From positions 11,159 to 75,158 of the IMG/VR virus record IMGVR_UViG_3300037308_000202: DNA of 64,000 nucleotides; one strand, given 5' to 3'. The notes under the pieces are model-generated. The model was not told the DNA's origin. It did not search any database and saw only the letters and a list, made by a program, of their open reading frames with translations. Positions 55,662 to 64,000 of this stretch are shown in pieces (the first letter of the stretch is position 1; each line of letters opens with the position of its first letter). The position numbers and the translations under genes are program-made. Source of the stretch: a virus.

Positions 55662-57464
55662 TTACAGCAGAAGGTCTAACACGATCCGTTCTTCGCGGCG
55701 AAGACCAGGCGTTGAGTGTCGCGACTTGCGCAGCGACTTCGCGGTTGATTCCGGGCTGCCGCCTTCGTTGCGCGCGGCGCGCGCTTGCTCTTGCTTGGCG
55801 GCGTCCGCCTCGGCGTTAGGCCCCGTCGCCCCGCCCTCGGGTGAGCCGCCTTCGCCGCCCTCACCGAACAACTGCGCCAGCTCGTCCTGGGACATACCGC
55901 CCGGCGAGGGCTCTGCGCTCGGCTCCTTGGGACCACCGCCCGGGCCGCCCGGAGGCCCGCCTGGACCGCCCGGCCCTTGGGGTTGGGCCGCGGCTTCCTT
56001 CGCCTGCGAGAACTGCAGCCACGTGGGATCCAAAATCACCTCGCCCTTGCCGTCGGGCAGGGGCGGCAAATCATCCTCGGCGCGAATTTCATCGACCGTT
56101 TTAATCGCTTTGACCTGCTTGATCGCAAGGTCCGCCGCCTGCTCAGGGCTTCGCGCGTCAAGGCCGACAAATTCGAATTCGAACGATTCGTTGATCGGCC
56201 AAATGATAAACTGGTTGATAATATCAGCCAAAAATCGGAGCATCGGGCGCAAGCCACGCTCTTTGCTTTCCGTGATTTTTTCTTTGTTGCTGGCTTCGGT
56301 CAGGCCAGATTTTTGACCGACATTGCCGTATTTGAAATTTACCTCAACCGGATCGATCTGGTACATGCTGCAGGCGACTTTGATTTGAAAATCGATCCAG
56401 GCGTTATATTCCATATCGCGGTTTGTGGTGTGCATCGGCACCCACTGCACATCGTCCGCGTTCGTAATCGGGGTTTTCCAGGCATTTTCAATGCCGCTTA
56501 GCATTTGGTACCAAAACCGACGAAATTGTTTCATTTGCTTGTCGGGAATGGTGCCTTTGAAATTCAGCAGGCCCTTGTGCACCGAGCCTTGCCGAAACGC
56601 CATCATGTTGTACTCGAAACCCCACAGCAACGCGGTGATCGTCGACACGAGCATTTCTAGTTCGCTCACGCCGTACCCATACGCGCGTAAATCGCTGCGC
56701 GGATTTCGCACACCAAACGCCAGCTCGCCGAGGGCGTACTCAGCAACGATCATCCCGTCGTAAACCTGCACCTGGCGGATCGTTTTCAGGTCGTCATCAG
56801 GCACATAATTACGGGCCGTATCTGCGAGCCGAATTGTGGCCGCGTCGACCGCGTACCACTCGCACGGCCGACCTTTTTTATCCGGCACTATTTCAATCGC
56901 TAGCTGGTCGTAAACGTACGAATCCCAGATCACCTTGCGCAGCAATTTTTCGAACGTGTCACGCCCGCGCGGGCTTTCGGTAACGCCTGTGCGTTGGATT
57001 AGCGCGCTCATTTGCTCAATCCAGCGCACCTCAGCCTTGGACGGCTGCTTGCGCGGATCTCGCGTCTGAATGCGGAAACCCAACCCGTAACGATCGCGTT
57101 GCGGCTTCGAAAAGCTTGCGACTTGATTGATACGGGTTTGAATAATCGCCTGCACGATCGGCATTCTCCAAACCATCGCGCGTAGCGTCGCGTACGATAT
57201 TTGACTGGGCCTTTCCTTGTAGCCCATCGCCGAAATTATCGAAAATGGATCCCAAAATAGGGCCTTGGGATCGTCGGGCGAATTATCCTGCGGTACCGGA
57301 TGACTTTCCGCCGTGTCCTCGTCAGTGCCACCGGGGGACGTTTCTGGCCCCTCGTCGACATCGTATTTGCCCGCGGGGTAGGCCTTGGCGAAACCCGCGA
57401 GCGCACCGCCCGCGGCGCCCAACGCCGCCACGCCCAAGTCAGCAAGTCGATCGCGGATTCCCAT
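55662..57464 (-). CDS. Portal protein (SPO1/Twort-type)
   Basis: YKERPSQISY..LRAM...IVQAIIQTRINQV, RDTFEKLLRK..WDSYVYDQ..IE, AVDAATIR, GYGVSELE; ATG at 57464 after AAGGGG. Confidence 0.92.
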   Translation of the reverse strand: MGIRDRLADLGVAALGAAGGALAGFAKAYPAGKYDVDEGPETSPGGTDEDTAESHPVPQDNSPDDPKALFWDPFSIISAMGYKERPSQISYATLRAMVWRMPIVQAIIQTRINQVASFSKPQRDRYGLGFRIQTRDPRKQPSKAEVRWIEQMSALIQRTGVTESPRGRDTFEKLLRKVIWDSYVYDQLAIEIVPDKKGRPCEWYAVDAATIRLADTARNYVPDDDLKTIRQVQVYDGMIVAEYALGELAFGVRNPRSDLRAYGYGVSELEMLVSTITALLWGFEYNMMAFRQGSVHKGLLNFKGTIPDKQMKQFRRFWYQMLSGIENAWKTPITNADDVQWVPMHTTNRDMEYNAWIDFQIKVACSMYQIDPVEVNFKYGNVGQKSGLTEASNKEKITESKERGLRPMLRFLADIINQFIIWPINESFEFEFVGLDARSPEQAADLAIKQVKAIKTVDEIRAEDDLPPLPDGKGEVILDPTWLQFSQAKEAAAQPQGPGGPGGPPGGPGGGPKEPSAEPSPGGMSQDELAQLFGEGGEGGSPEGGATGPNAEADAAKQEQARAARNEGGSPESTAKSLRKSRHSTPGLRREERIVLDLLL

Positions 57465-57475
57465 GTAGTTGCCCC

Positions 57476-59917
57476 TTACCGCCGGCGCGGGCTCAAACGC
57501 GTGTGTTGCCCGGGCCGTAGGTTGATCCCTTCCGGCACGAAACGATGCTCGGCGCCAACACCGCCGGCGCCGCAATGCGGGCATTGCGTCAACATCGCCG
57601 GATAGGAGCCGTCGCACCCGCCTGCGTGTTGGCTTTTGCACAACGTGCGATAGCCCATCATCGGCGTTGGCCGCGTCAACGTCGGCGAGCCGCCGGTGTA
57701 GAACGCGTCGCCCTTGGCTAACTCGGCCGCTTGCTCGTCAATCGAGCGCTGCTGGCTACGCACCAGGTCGTCGCGCCGACCCTCGAGCGCGCGCCGCATG
57801 ATCGCGCGCTGGCGCCCAAACACCTCGAGGCCCGCACCACCGGCCATCGATTTGCGCGCGGCAAGGATCTGCCAGTCGTCGGGGCTCAAAGCGTCGGTTG
57901 CCTGTTGGGCGCCCTCGGTCGCAGTCGGCACGCCTACGGGCCCGCGGGCCGTAGTACCGCGGCCTGGGTCCGAATCGTGGCCAGCCCAAGACTGTTTGCC
58001 GAGGCCCACCAACGCGGCGCCCTGGCGCGCGTCCTCGTCCAGCTCGTCATCCTCTTTGCAGCTCGGTAGGCCGGTCGGGCGCCCCTGCTTGTCGAAACCA
58101 TCCGACGCGCCGCTGTCATGGCCAGCCCACGACAACTTGCCAAGGCCGTCCAAGTCGGCGCCCTCGCCGTTGAGCCTGGCTTCGATCGGCGTACAGCAAT
58201 CCGCTTTTGCGAGCCATTTTTCGAGATCGTTCACGGGCTTCATTCCTTTCTTGAATAGGGACAATTGCTCGGGTTTTTTCGGCTTCTGCCGTTCTTTTTC
58301 GGCAGCGCGGGCCGCTGCGTCGGCTTGCTCTAGCTTTGCGTGAATTTCATCGCGCTTTTTGACGTGCTCGGCGGCTTTAGCCTCGTGCGCGTCCGCCTCC
58401 TCATGCGCTGCGACCGCTTGTGGCGTTGCGGTTTTTTTCTTTTGGTACAACTTTGTACCATGATTACGTAATTCAGTCGCTAAAACCGAATGCGCACTGA
58501 TAACGTCGTCGTGCGCCAGCGCGTGCTTTTGCGAATTTGGCGCTTGTTTTTCTTGCTCCGCCAAATCCTTTTGCACCGCGGCAAGCTTGGTCCGTGCGTC
58601 CACTACCTTAGCCGGCTCGGCAACAGCCTTTGGTTCTTTTGGCTCTTTTGACTCTTTCGGCTTTTTTTCCGCTTTGGGCTTTTCCGGCTTCGCGCCAATA
58701 TCTTTGCCCCACTTTTCCTCAATATCGCTCATTTTGCCGTTGGCGTCACCGCGCTTAAATTTAAGATTTGTAATCTTTTTCGAGCGCTCCTCATACGGCA
58801 TTTCCTTATCTGCCTGTAGCGCCTCAATTTGCTTGTCGAGGCGCTTCACCGTCTGTTGTAGTTTCTGGTGGCGCTCTGCCGCGTCGCCGCGCTCTTTCGA
58901 GGTTTTTGCTTGCGCCTCTTCCTCGCGCAAACGCTTTCCGCGTTGCACATCTTCCCGCCGCGCAAAAAAGCGCCCTAATTCGCTTTTTATTTCAGACGGG
59001 AAATTTTCCTTTTGCGCCATGTCGGCAAAATGATCAATTTCGTTTGCTGTGAACGGCCCCGGGTAGGCACCTTCCGACAACGCGGCACCCAGCGTTGTCC
59101 CGCGATCGCCATACAGGCTATTGCTCGCCCAGCGCTCTAGCGCTGGTTTGAATTTCTGAATTTCATCGCGCGACAATTCTTTGAGCTTGCCTTCCATATG
59201 GCGCGCACTACGATTTGACAGCATATAATCGAGCGCCTTGCCGTGCGTGGCCCCTGGCGATGGCCCAATTTCAGCAATCATCGAATCAAGCTTTTCTTGG
59301 GGAATATGATCCAAGCGGTAGTGCACATCCGCCCCCGCCATCCCCGATCCGTGCGTTTGGTTGATCGCGTCGACGTGCTCCTGCGTCGACGCGTGCGCCA
59401 CCTGGTGCACGGCCTCTTTATCGTCGCCCCATGGGATCTTGTGGTTCGCATCGGCCCACTTGCCGCCCCGGGGGCCGATGAACGGACCGCCGGCTTTGCG
59501 CAACCAATCGATCAAATCCGGCGCGTGGCTCTTGCGAACCTTCGCGCCCGCGATCCGGTACATCGCCTCTTCGAAGTCGTCGACCTCGACACCCAGGCGC
59601 TCGGCAGCCGCGTGCACCTCGGAATCCTCCGGGTGCGGGTTGCGCTCGAGCAGCTTGCGGGCCGCGCCCTCGAGCTTGGCTTCGGCGCCACCCTCGCCTG
59701 CCTCTTCCGGGGCCTTGCGGAGCCAATCGCCCAAGTCGGCCGCGTGGCTTTTCTTCGCGTCCTCGTCCTGGTCTTCGTCGGGCTTGTCCCCGAGGCGCTT
59801 GGGCAATTTCTTGCCCTTCGTCTCTTTTTCCCACTTTGCTACGGTTTTTGGCGACATTTCGCCGCGGCTCATCTTTGCGTGAAACAGGGCTCTTTGGGCC
59901 TGGCTTTGGAATGGCAT
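57476..59917 (-). CDS. Large modular head-associated hypothetical protein (813 aa)
   Basis: First gene of the late operon; MPFQSQAQR...KWEKET..KKLP N-terminal motif, repeated KSHA.DL.DWLRKA, GPFIGPRGGKWAD, QLSLF, C-terminal CPHCG. Confidence 0.7.
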   Translation of the reverse strand: MPFQSQAQRALFHAKMSRGEMSPKTVAKWEKETKGKKLPKRLGDKPDEDQDEDAKKSHAADLGDWLRKAPEEAGEGGAEAKLEGAARKLLERNPHPEDSEVHAAAERLGVEVDDFEEAMYRIAGAKVRKSHAPDLIDWLRKAGGPFIGPRGGKWADANHKIPWGDDKEAVHQVAHASTQEHVDAINQTHGSGMAGADVHYRLDHIPQEKLDSMIAEIGPSPGATHGKALDYMLSNRSARHMEGKLKELSRDEIQKFKPALERWASNSLYGDRGTTLGAALSEGAYPGPFTANEIDHFADMAQKENFPSEIKSELGRFFARREDVQRGKRLREEEAQAKTSKERGDAAERHQKLQQTVKRLDKQIEALQADKEMPYEERSKKITNLKFKRGDANGKMSDIEEKWGKDIGAKPEKPKAEKKPKESKEPKEPKAVAEPAKVVDARTKLAAVQKDLAEQEKQAPNSQKHALAHDDVISAHSVLATELRNHGTKLYQKKKTATPQAVAAHEEADAHEAKAAEHVKKRDEIHAKLEQADAAARAAEKERQKPKKPEQLSLFKKGMKPVNDLEKWLAKADCCTPIEARLNGEGADLDGLGKLSWAGHDSGASDGFDKQGRPTGLPSCKEDDELDEDARQGAALVGLGKQSWAGHDSDPGRGTTARGPVGVPTATEGAQQATDALSPDDWQILAARKSMAGGAGLEVFGRQRAIMRRALEGRRDDLVRSQQRSIDEQAAELAKGDAFYTGGSPTLTRPTPMMGYRTLCKSQHAGGCDGSYPAMLTQCPHCGAGGVGAEHRFVPEGINLRPGQHTRLSPRRR

Positions 59918-60025
59918 AGGTTCACCTCAGAGGGCCAATCTACCCAAACACCCCCGTCGCGTCGATACGTTCCCGCCTTACCGTCTCAGCGCGAGGCCGA
60001 ACGCCATTTACCTGCTAATTTTTGC

Positions 60026-60054
60026 TTGACAAAACCTACCGACTTCAGTACATT
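60026..60054 (+). promoter_or_regulatory. Sigma70-like promoter
   Basis: TTGACA (60026-31) - 17 nt - TACATT (60049-54). Confidence 0.75.
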
Positions 60055-60079
60055 AAAAATGAAAGGAAACGGAACCCAC

Positions 60080-60343
60080 ATGATCACCAGCAACCCTTTT
60101 ATGTTTGGATTCAGCCCCGGCCACCTCGGCGAAAAAGCGCGAAAAATCATCCGCGCTTTGGATCCCGAAATTGACTTGATCAACGGATACGACAGGGGCG
60201 GTACGCCGCAGAACGGCAGCCCGATCCACTGGTTCACGGCCCCCAACCTGGGCGAGCCCTTCAACTCCAACGTCGCGCAAACGGTGCGCGACGCCATCGC
60301 CCAAGCCGGCGGCTGCTTCAAGCGCGGCCACAACCCTCGGTAA
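60080..60343 (+). CDS. Small early-type hypothetical protein
   Basis: MITSNPFMF...; follows the promoter and a GAAAGGAA leader. Confidence 0.6.
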   Translation: MITSNPFMFGFSPGHLGEKARKIIRALDPEIDLINGYDRGGTPQNGSPIHWFTAPNLGEPFNSNVAQTVRDAIAQAGGCFKRGHNPR

Positions 60344-60348
60344 CCCCC

Positions 60349-60615
60349 ATGCGCCGACCATTCATCACCTCCCCCAAGTCCAAAGCAAACGCGCGACTGC
60401 CCGGCCTACCCGAGGCCGAGCGCTGCGTGGTTTGCGCTCGACCCATCGCAGACCCAAGCCGCGCGGCTTGGGTCCGTCTGCTCACCACAGGCGAGCTTGC
60501 CGATCGCGCCGAAATAGTCGACGCAGCCGACGATCGAGGGTTTTTTCCCGTCGGCCCGGAATGCGCACGCAAGCTCCCCAAGGCTTTCCATTTCGCAAAC
60601 GAGATTTTTAAATGA
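60349..60615 (+). CDS. Small Zn-binding hypothetical protein
   Basis: CVVCARP ... VGPECARK. Confidence 0.6.
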   Translation: MRRPFITSPKSKANARLPGLPEAERCVVCARPIADPSRAAWVRLLTTGELADRAEIVDAADDRGFFPVGPECARKLPKAFHFANEIFK

Positions 60616-60812
60616 GCGCCGCGCCGTTGATTCAGATCGCCGAATTTCGCGGAACGCACCGCACGACGGTTGTGTTCCGCGCCCACCCTCACCCGACCCA
60701 CTATTTTTACTTGGTCGGAATTCTCGGCGCTGCCGAAAAAGACCTGGTGCGCTTCCGCACCAAACCCTTGGCCTTAGCGTACGCCCAAGATTGGGCGAAT
60801 GGTGACCCATGA
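60612..60812 (+). CDS. Small hypothetical protein
   Basis: 66 aa; ATGA overlaps on both sides. Confidence 0.55.
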   Translation: MSAAPLIQIAEFRGTHRTTVVFRAHPHPTHYFYLVGILGAAEKDLVRFRTKPLALAYAQDWANGDP

Positions 60813-61039
60813 AGCAAAAAACCTGGGCCGAAATACGAGCCCACAGCCTTAATTTTTTGCGAAAACAACTGCGCGCCGCGCTCGATAAATATGACTGGAA
60901 TTTAACGGCGACGGCGAAAGCACTCCGAGTGCCAATATCGACACTACAGAGTTTAATCCTATCGCACGACGTAAAAGCTGAATACGCGATCCGCGCGCAC
61001 AAGCCCGGCCGGCCGAAAAAGGCAAAACCCGATGCTTGA
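60809..61039 (+). CDS. Stand-alone Fis-like HTH protein
   Basis: LRAALDKYDWNLTATAKALRVPISTLQSLI matches the Fis/HTH_8 pattern. Confidence 0.75.
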   Translation: MKQKTWAEIRAHSLNFLRKQLRAALDKYDWNLTATAKALRVPISTLQSLILSHDVKAEYAIRAHKPGRPKKAKPDA

Positions 61040-61229
61040 TCTCTGCCCGGTGTGCGGAAATTTAACGGCCGACTGGGCCGTAATCGACACGGTCGGCAAT
61101 ATGTGCTGCGTGCGCTGCTACGACGCCACGCTGGCCGCCGTGCAGCAACTCGAAGTCGACGCGCGCAAAAATGCGCTTGTCAGAACCACCAAGGCCAAAA
61201 CGTCAAAATCCCGAAAGGGAAAAACATGA
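61032..61229 (+). CDS. Small Zn-finger hypothetical protein
   Basis: CPVCG...CCVRC. Confidence 0.55.
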   Translation: MLDLCPVCGNLTADWAVIDTVGNMCCVRCYDATLAAVQQLEVDARKNALVRTTKAKTSKSRKGKT

Positions 61230-61990
61230 CCATCACCCGACAAAACCCCGTTCTTTCCCCGCAAGCTCGATCGTCCGCGCACGCCGCGCGGGAGATCTTT
61301 GCCACGGCCGCGGCGCGCTACTGCGCCGCGGAAGTCAGCTCACCCGAGGCCGAGGTATTCACCACCGAGCTAACGAGCATACAAGCTCGTTGGGCTCGAG
61401 CCCTGATCGCGGAAAGCACCGCGATCGAACCCAACACCCCCGCTTGGCGGGCCGTGGGTCGCGGTTACCTCAGCCTCATCGAGGCCGGTGTTGACCTGGC
61501 GTCCTTCGGCTCGTGCCGTCGGCGGGCCAACGACCTCGGCGGCGCGATCTGGCGCCCCGTCGAGGCCGCCGTGCGTGCCGAACTGCTACGCCGCCATGCG
61601 CACGCGGGCCGGTGCGCTCGGCTCGGCTATTGGGTTGAGCCCGGTAACCCCACAGACCGGACCGCGGCCGACCACCAGGCCCTTGTCGAAATGGCCTGGC
61701 CCTTCACCTGGCATGCCGTTGCCCGCTGCGAGGCCGCCTTGGCGACGCAGACCCCCGAGGCCTGGGGCTTGGCTGGCCAGGCGATCCGGGCCGCCATCCG
61801 CAACGAATGGGCGATCGACGTGTTCGCCCAGCAAGCCGAACGAGCAGCCGAGGCCGCGAAGGCCGAGGCCGACCCGTACTGCGATATTTGCGGCGGGTAC
61901 GGTGTCATGGATCTTGCGGAACAAGACGGCCCGGACTGTGATAGGTCGCTCAGCGGTTTTTCGCCGTGCACGTGCCGCAGCGCTCAATAA
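61226..61990 (+). CDS. Ala-rich helical hypothetical protein with C-terminal Zn motif
   Basis: ATG at 61226 after GAAAGGGAAAAAC; C-terminal CDICGG.G...PCTC. Confidence 0.6.
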   Translation: MTITRQNPVLSPQARSSAHAAREIFATAAARYCAAEVSSPEAEVFTTELTSIQARWARALIAESTAIEPNTPAWRAVGRGYLSLIEAGVDLASFGSCRRRANDLGGAIWRPVEAAVRAELLRRHAHAGRCARLGYWVEPGNPTDRTAADHQALVEMAWPFTWHAVARCEAALATQTPEAWGLAGQAIRAAIRNEWAIDVFAQQAERAAEAAKAEADPYCDICGGYGVMDLAEQDGPDCDRSLSGFSPCTCRSAQ

Positions 61991-62052
61991 ACCCCGAATT
62001 TTCCTCGTATTTTCCCCACCCAAATTATTTTTGATTTTCGTGCATTTTTCCC

Positions 62053-62081
62053 TTGCGTAATCTTACGGCCGTCCGTATAAT
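62053..62081 (+). promoter_or_regulatory. Sigma70-like promoter
   Basis: TTGCGT (62053-58) - 17 nt - TATAAT (62076-81). Confidence 0.75.
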
Positions 62082-62105
62082 AGAAGTCAGAAAGGGAAAA
62101 CGCAC

Positions 62106-62354
62106 ATGAACACCAACACCAAAACATTCTTCGTAAAAACCGCAGACGGGACCGAAATCGGCGCTTTCGAGAACTTCCGCGAAGCGCTCGATAAATGCCT
62201 CGCCATCGCCGAACGCCAAGCCGGCAGCGACGTGGAAGTTTCCACGTTCGTCAACGGCGGCGATCCCACGGTCGACCCCTGCGACCAATGGGAAGCAGGC
62301 GCGGGCCCCGCCGACGACACGTGCGCCGATTGGCCGCACGTATATCGCCGCTAA
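62106..62354 (+). CDS. Small acidic hypothetical protein
   Basis: 82 aa; follows the promoter and a GAAAGGGAA leader. Confidence 0.65.
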   Translation: MNTNTKTFFVKTADGTEIGAFENFREALDKCLAIAERQAGSDVEVSTFVNGGDPTVDPCDQWEAGAGPADDTCADWPHVYRR

Positions 62355-62420
62355 ATACCCGCGACATAGCGCCAAGGCCCGGCAACGCAAGCGGGCTTTT
62401 GGCAATGAAAGGGAACGAAC

Positions 62421-63254
62421 ATGACAGACTTTCAAAAAATCACCGACGATATCACCCTCAAAAACGACAACGGTCTATTTTTCATCCTCATCCCCGCAGA
62501 CGAGGATTTCGACATGCCCGACGACGAAATGCTGCGCCTCATCGCACAACATTTGCGGCTTGATCCTAGCGACGTTACCCTGGTCGATGGCTTGCACGCT
62601 TGGCAGCGCGTAAGCGACGGCGGCGACGGCGGCGACGCCGACGATCAAATCATGGCCGAAATCGCCATTGAGCCAGAAACCCTCACCGCGATCGCCGAAC
62701 AAATAGCGGCAGACTGCGCTGCCGCGTATATCGAAGAATTCGGCGCCGATCCCGACGTTGGTGATTGGGACGGCGAAGCCTACAACATCAGCACAGGCAA
62801 GCTTGGCCCCCTCGAAGATCACGCCTTTTTCGGCGAAGAGGGTTGGGCGATTTTTCTCAAAAAATTTCACGGGATCATCGCCGATCTAGGCCGCTGCCAA
62901 TGCGGCTGCGATTGCGAGGCCTGGGCCACGCATCGCGACGAGGGCGTTGCCCTCTGCGACGCCTGCGGCGATTACCACTACGACGCAGACGGCACGTGCG
63001 TGTGCTCGCGCCAAACCGACGGGTGGGAAAAATGCCCCACCTGCGGGCAGCCGCTCGACTGGTGCCACGACAACAACAACGCCGAAAATGCTGACTGCGA
63101 TTGCGGCGGATGGCGCCGCGAAGAACATGGCCCGGGTAATTGGGTCGTGGTTCACAGCCCCAACGACGACACCAACAAAAAGTGGCACGCCCTTTATTGC
63201 GCCTATCATGGCGGCGGCGATTGCACTTGCGGCCTCACTCCTTGCGAAGATTGA
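62421..63254 (+). CDS. Highly acidic, Cys/His-rich hypothetical protein
   Basis: Asp/Glu-rich N-half; C-half CQCGCDC, CDAC, CVC, CPTC, CDC, CxxH..CTC. Confidence 0.65.
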   Translation: MTDFQKITDDITLKNDNGLFFILIPADEDFDMPDDEMLRLIAQHLRLDPSDVTLVDGLHAWQRVSDGGDGGDADDQIMAEIAIEPETLTAIAEQIAADCAAAYIEEFGADPDVGDWDGEAYNISTGKLGPLEDHAFFGEEGWAIFLKKFHGIIADLGRCQCGCDCEAWATHRDEGVALCDACGDYHYDADGTCVCSRQTDGWEKCPTCGQPLDWCHDNNNAENADCDCGGWRREEHGPGNWVVVHSPNDDTNKKWHALYCAYHGGGDCTCGLTPCED

Positions 63255-63267
63255 CACGACGCACCCT

Positions 63268-63300
63268 GGGCCGCGGGATAATCCCGCGGCCCATTTTCTT
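63268..63300 (+). terminator. Intrinsic terminator-like hairpin
   Basis: gggccgcggga-taa-tcccgcggccc perfect 11-bp stem followed by attttctt. Confidence 0.6.
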
Positions 63301-63315
63301 CGAAAGGGAACGAAC

Positions 63316-63813
63316 ATGCTGAAAAAAGATGTACGTGTAGGCGGCGAATTGGTACGAAATTTGGTGCCAAGTCATGCCTTGGTGGGCACATTTCACTTGC
63401 ACGGATATGTGCGGCACCTTCGCGGACACAATGGACACCCACCTGCATTACATCGACCCGCCGAAAGCCAAGAAAGGAAAAACCCCGTGATCAAAATCTT
63501 AAATCTCACGCTCACCCCCGGCACGCCCGCGCAATTCGACGCTGGTCTAGTCGACCTCCCGGCCGACACCCGCGGCGACATCGCCCAAATCCTGTATTTT
63601 CAGGATTTCCCCGAGCTTTCCGAAATCAAACAACGGGCCGAATATATCGCCGACATCGCCCGCGACGCAGGCGCCGCTACTGCGCTACTCGACGGTCCAG
63701 CGTGGATGCTTTCCGCCCTCGAGGTGGCCTTGCGCGAGCGCGGCATCACACCCCTTTACGGTTGGGGCTCGCGCTTCGTCATGCCCCCGCTACCGACGAT
63801 CGCCAGCAAATAG
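63316..63813 (+). CDS. Hypothetical phage protein (second in-frame start GTG at 63487)
   Basis: Both starts have GAAAGG-type leaders; the IKILNLT...F.D.P..E..RA..IA...GP.W..ALE.AL..RGI.PLY pattern is recognisable as a recurring phage family of unknown function. Confidence 0.55.
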   Translation: MLKKDVRVGGELVRNLVPSHALVGTFHLHGYVRHLRGHNGHPPALHRPAESQERKNPVIKILNLTLTPGTPAQFDAGLVDLPADTRGDIAQILYFQDFPELSEIKQRAEYIADIARDAGAATALLDGPAWMLSALEVALRERGITPLYGWGSRFVMPPLPTIASK

Positions 63814-64000
63814 GCCCCGCGCTATTGCTCGCCAGCAAGCGCTCGGCAAAAGTGGCCTTTGGCGCACAACCTACCGGAGGCCACGTTGCCAAGCACCAAA
63901 CCCAAAATCACTGCCGACACGATCGCCACCCCACTGCGCGAAGCTCTGTTTGGGCTCGCTCGCCTCGCCGGCGACTTGCCCGGGCCAAAGCCGCACGCGC

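Noticed and set aside
1-64000. tRNA/rRNA genes, integrase/att sites, stop-codon reassignment
   Set aside because: None recognised by eye; genes tile cleanly with the standard code. tRNAscan/Infernal were not run, so small RNAs cannot be excluded

Overview
The window is a contiguous, high-GC segment of a large contractile-tailed phage (myovirus). No integrase, host gene or terminase is visible, so prophage versus lytic phage cannot be decided. Read right to left on the minus strand, it carries: an 813-aa low-complexity head-associated protein, an SPO1/Twort-type portal, a 2844-aa polyvalent protein (zincin metallopeptidase, LPD1-like and SNF2 domains), an intein-containing MuF-like head morphogenesis protein with a C-terminal InPase-like domain, a Com-like Zn ribbon, prohead protease, scaffold and major capsid. 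These are followed by a ~10-kb accessory structural island (including a patatin and an AVWDE-repeat protein), neck, sheath, tube, tail chaperones with a slippery T7 site, tape measure, baseplate, fibre and membrane genes, an AT-rich palindromic ori/operator-like region, and a replication block (SF2 helicase, DnaB, primase). A divergent cluster of small early-type genes with sigma70-like promoters lies on the plus strand at the right end. The most unusual signal is an intein whose endonuclease is not in the intein reading frame. It is encoded as a separate HTH + DUF559/Vsr-like gene on the opposite strand, entirely inside the intein (44854-45522, +). The second major signal is an apparent system of head-packaged polyproteins punctuated by L-x-K-[A/S/G] putative maturation-protease sites, repeated GHKYxxRW module headers and sliding-clamp-like QLxLF motifs. 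All family assignments come from motif recognition by eye; no searches were run.
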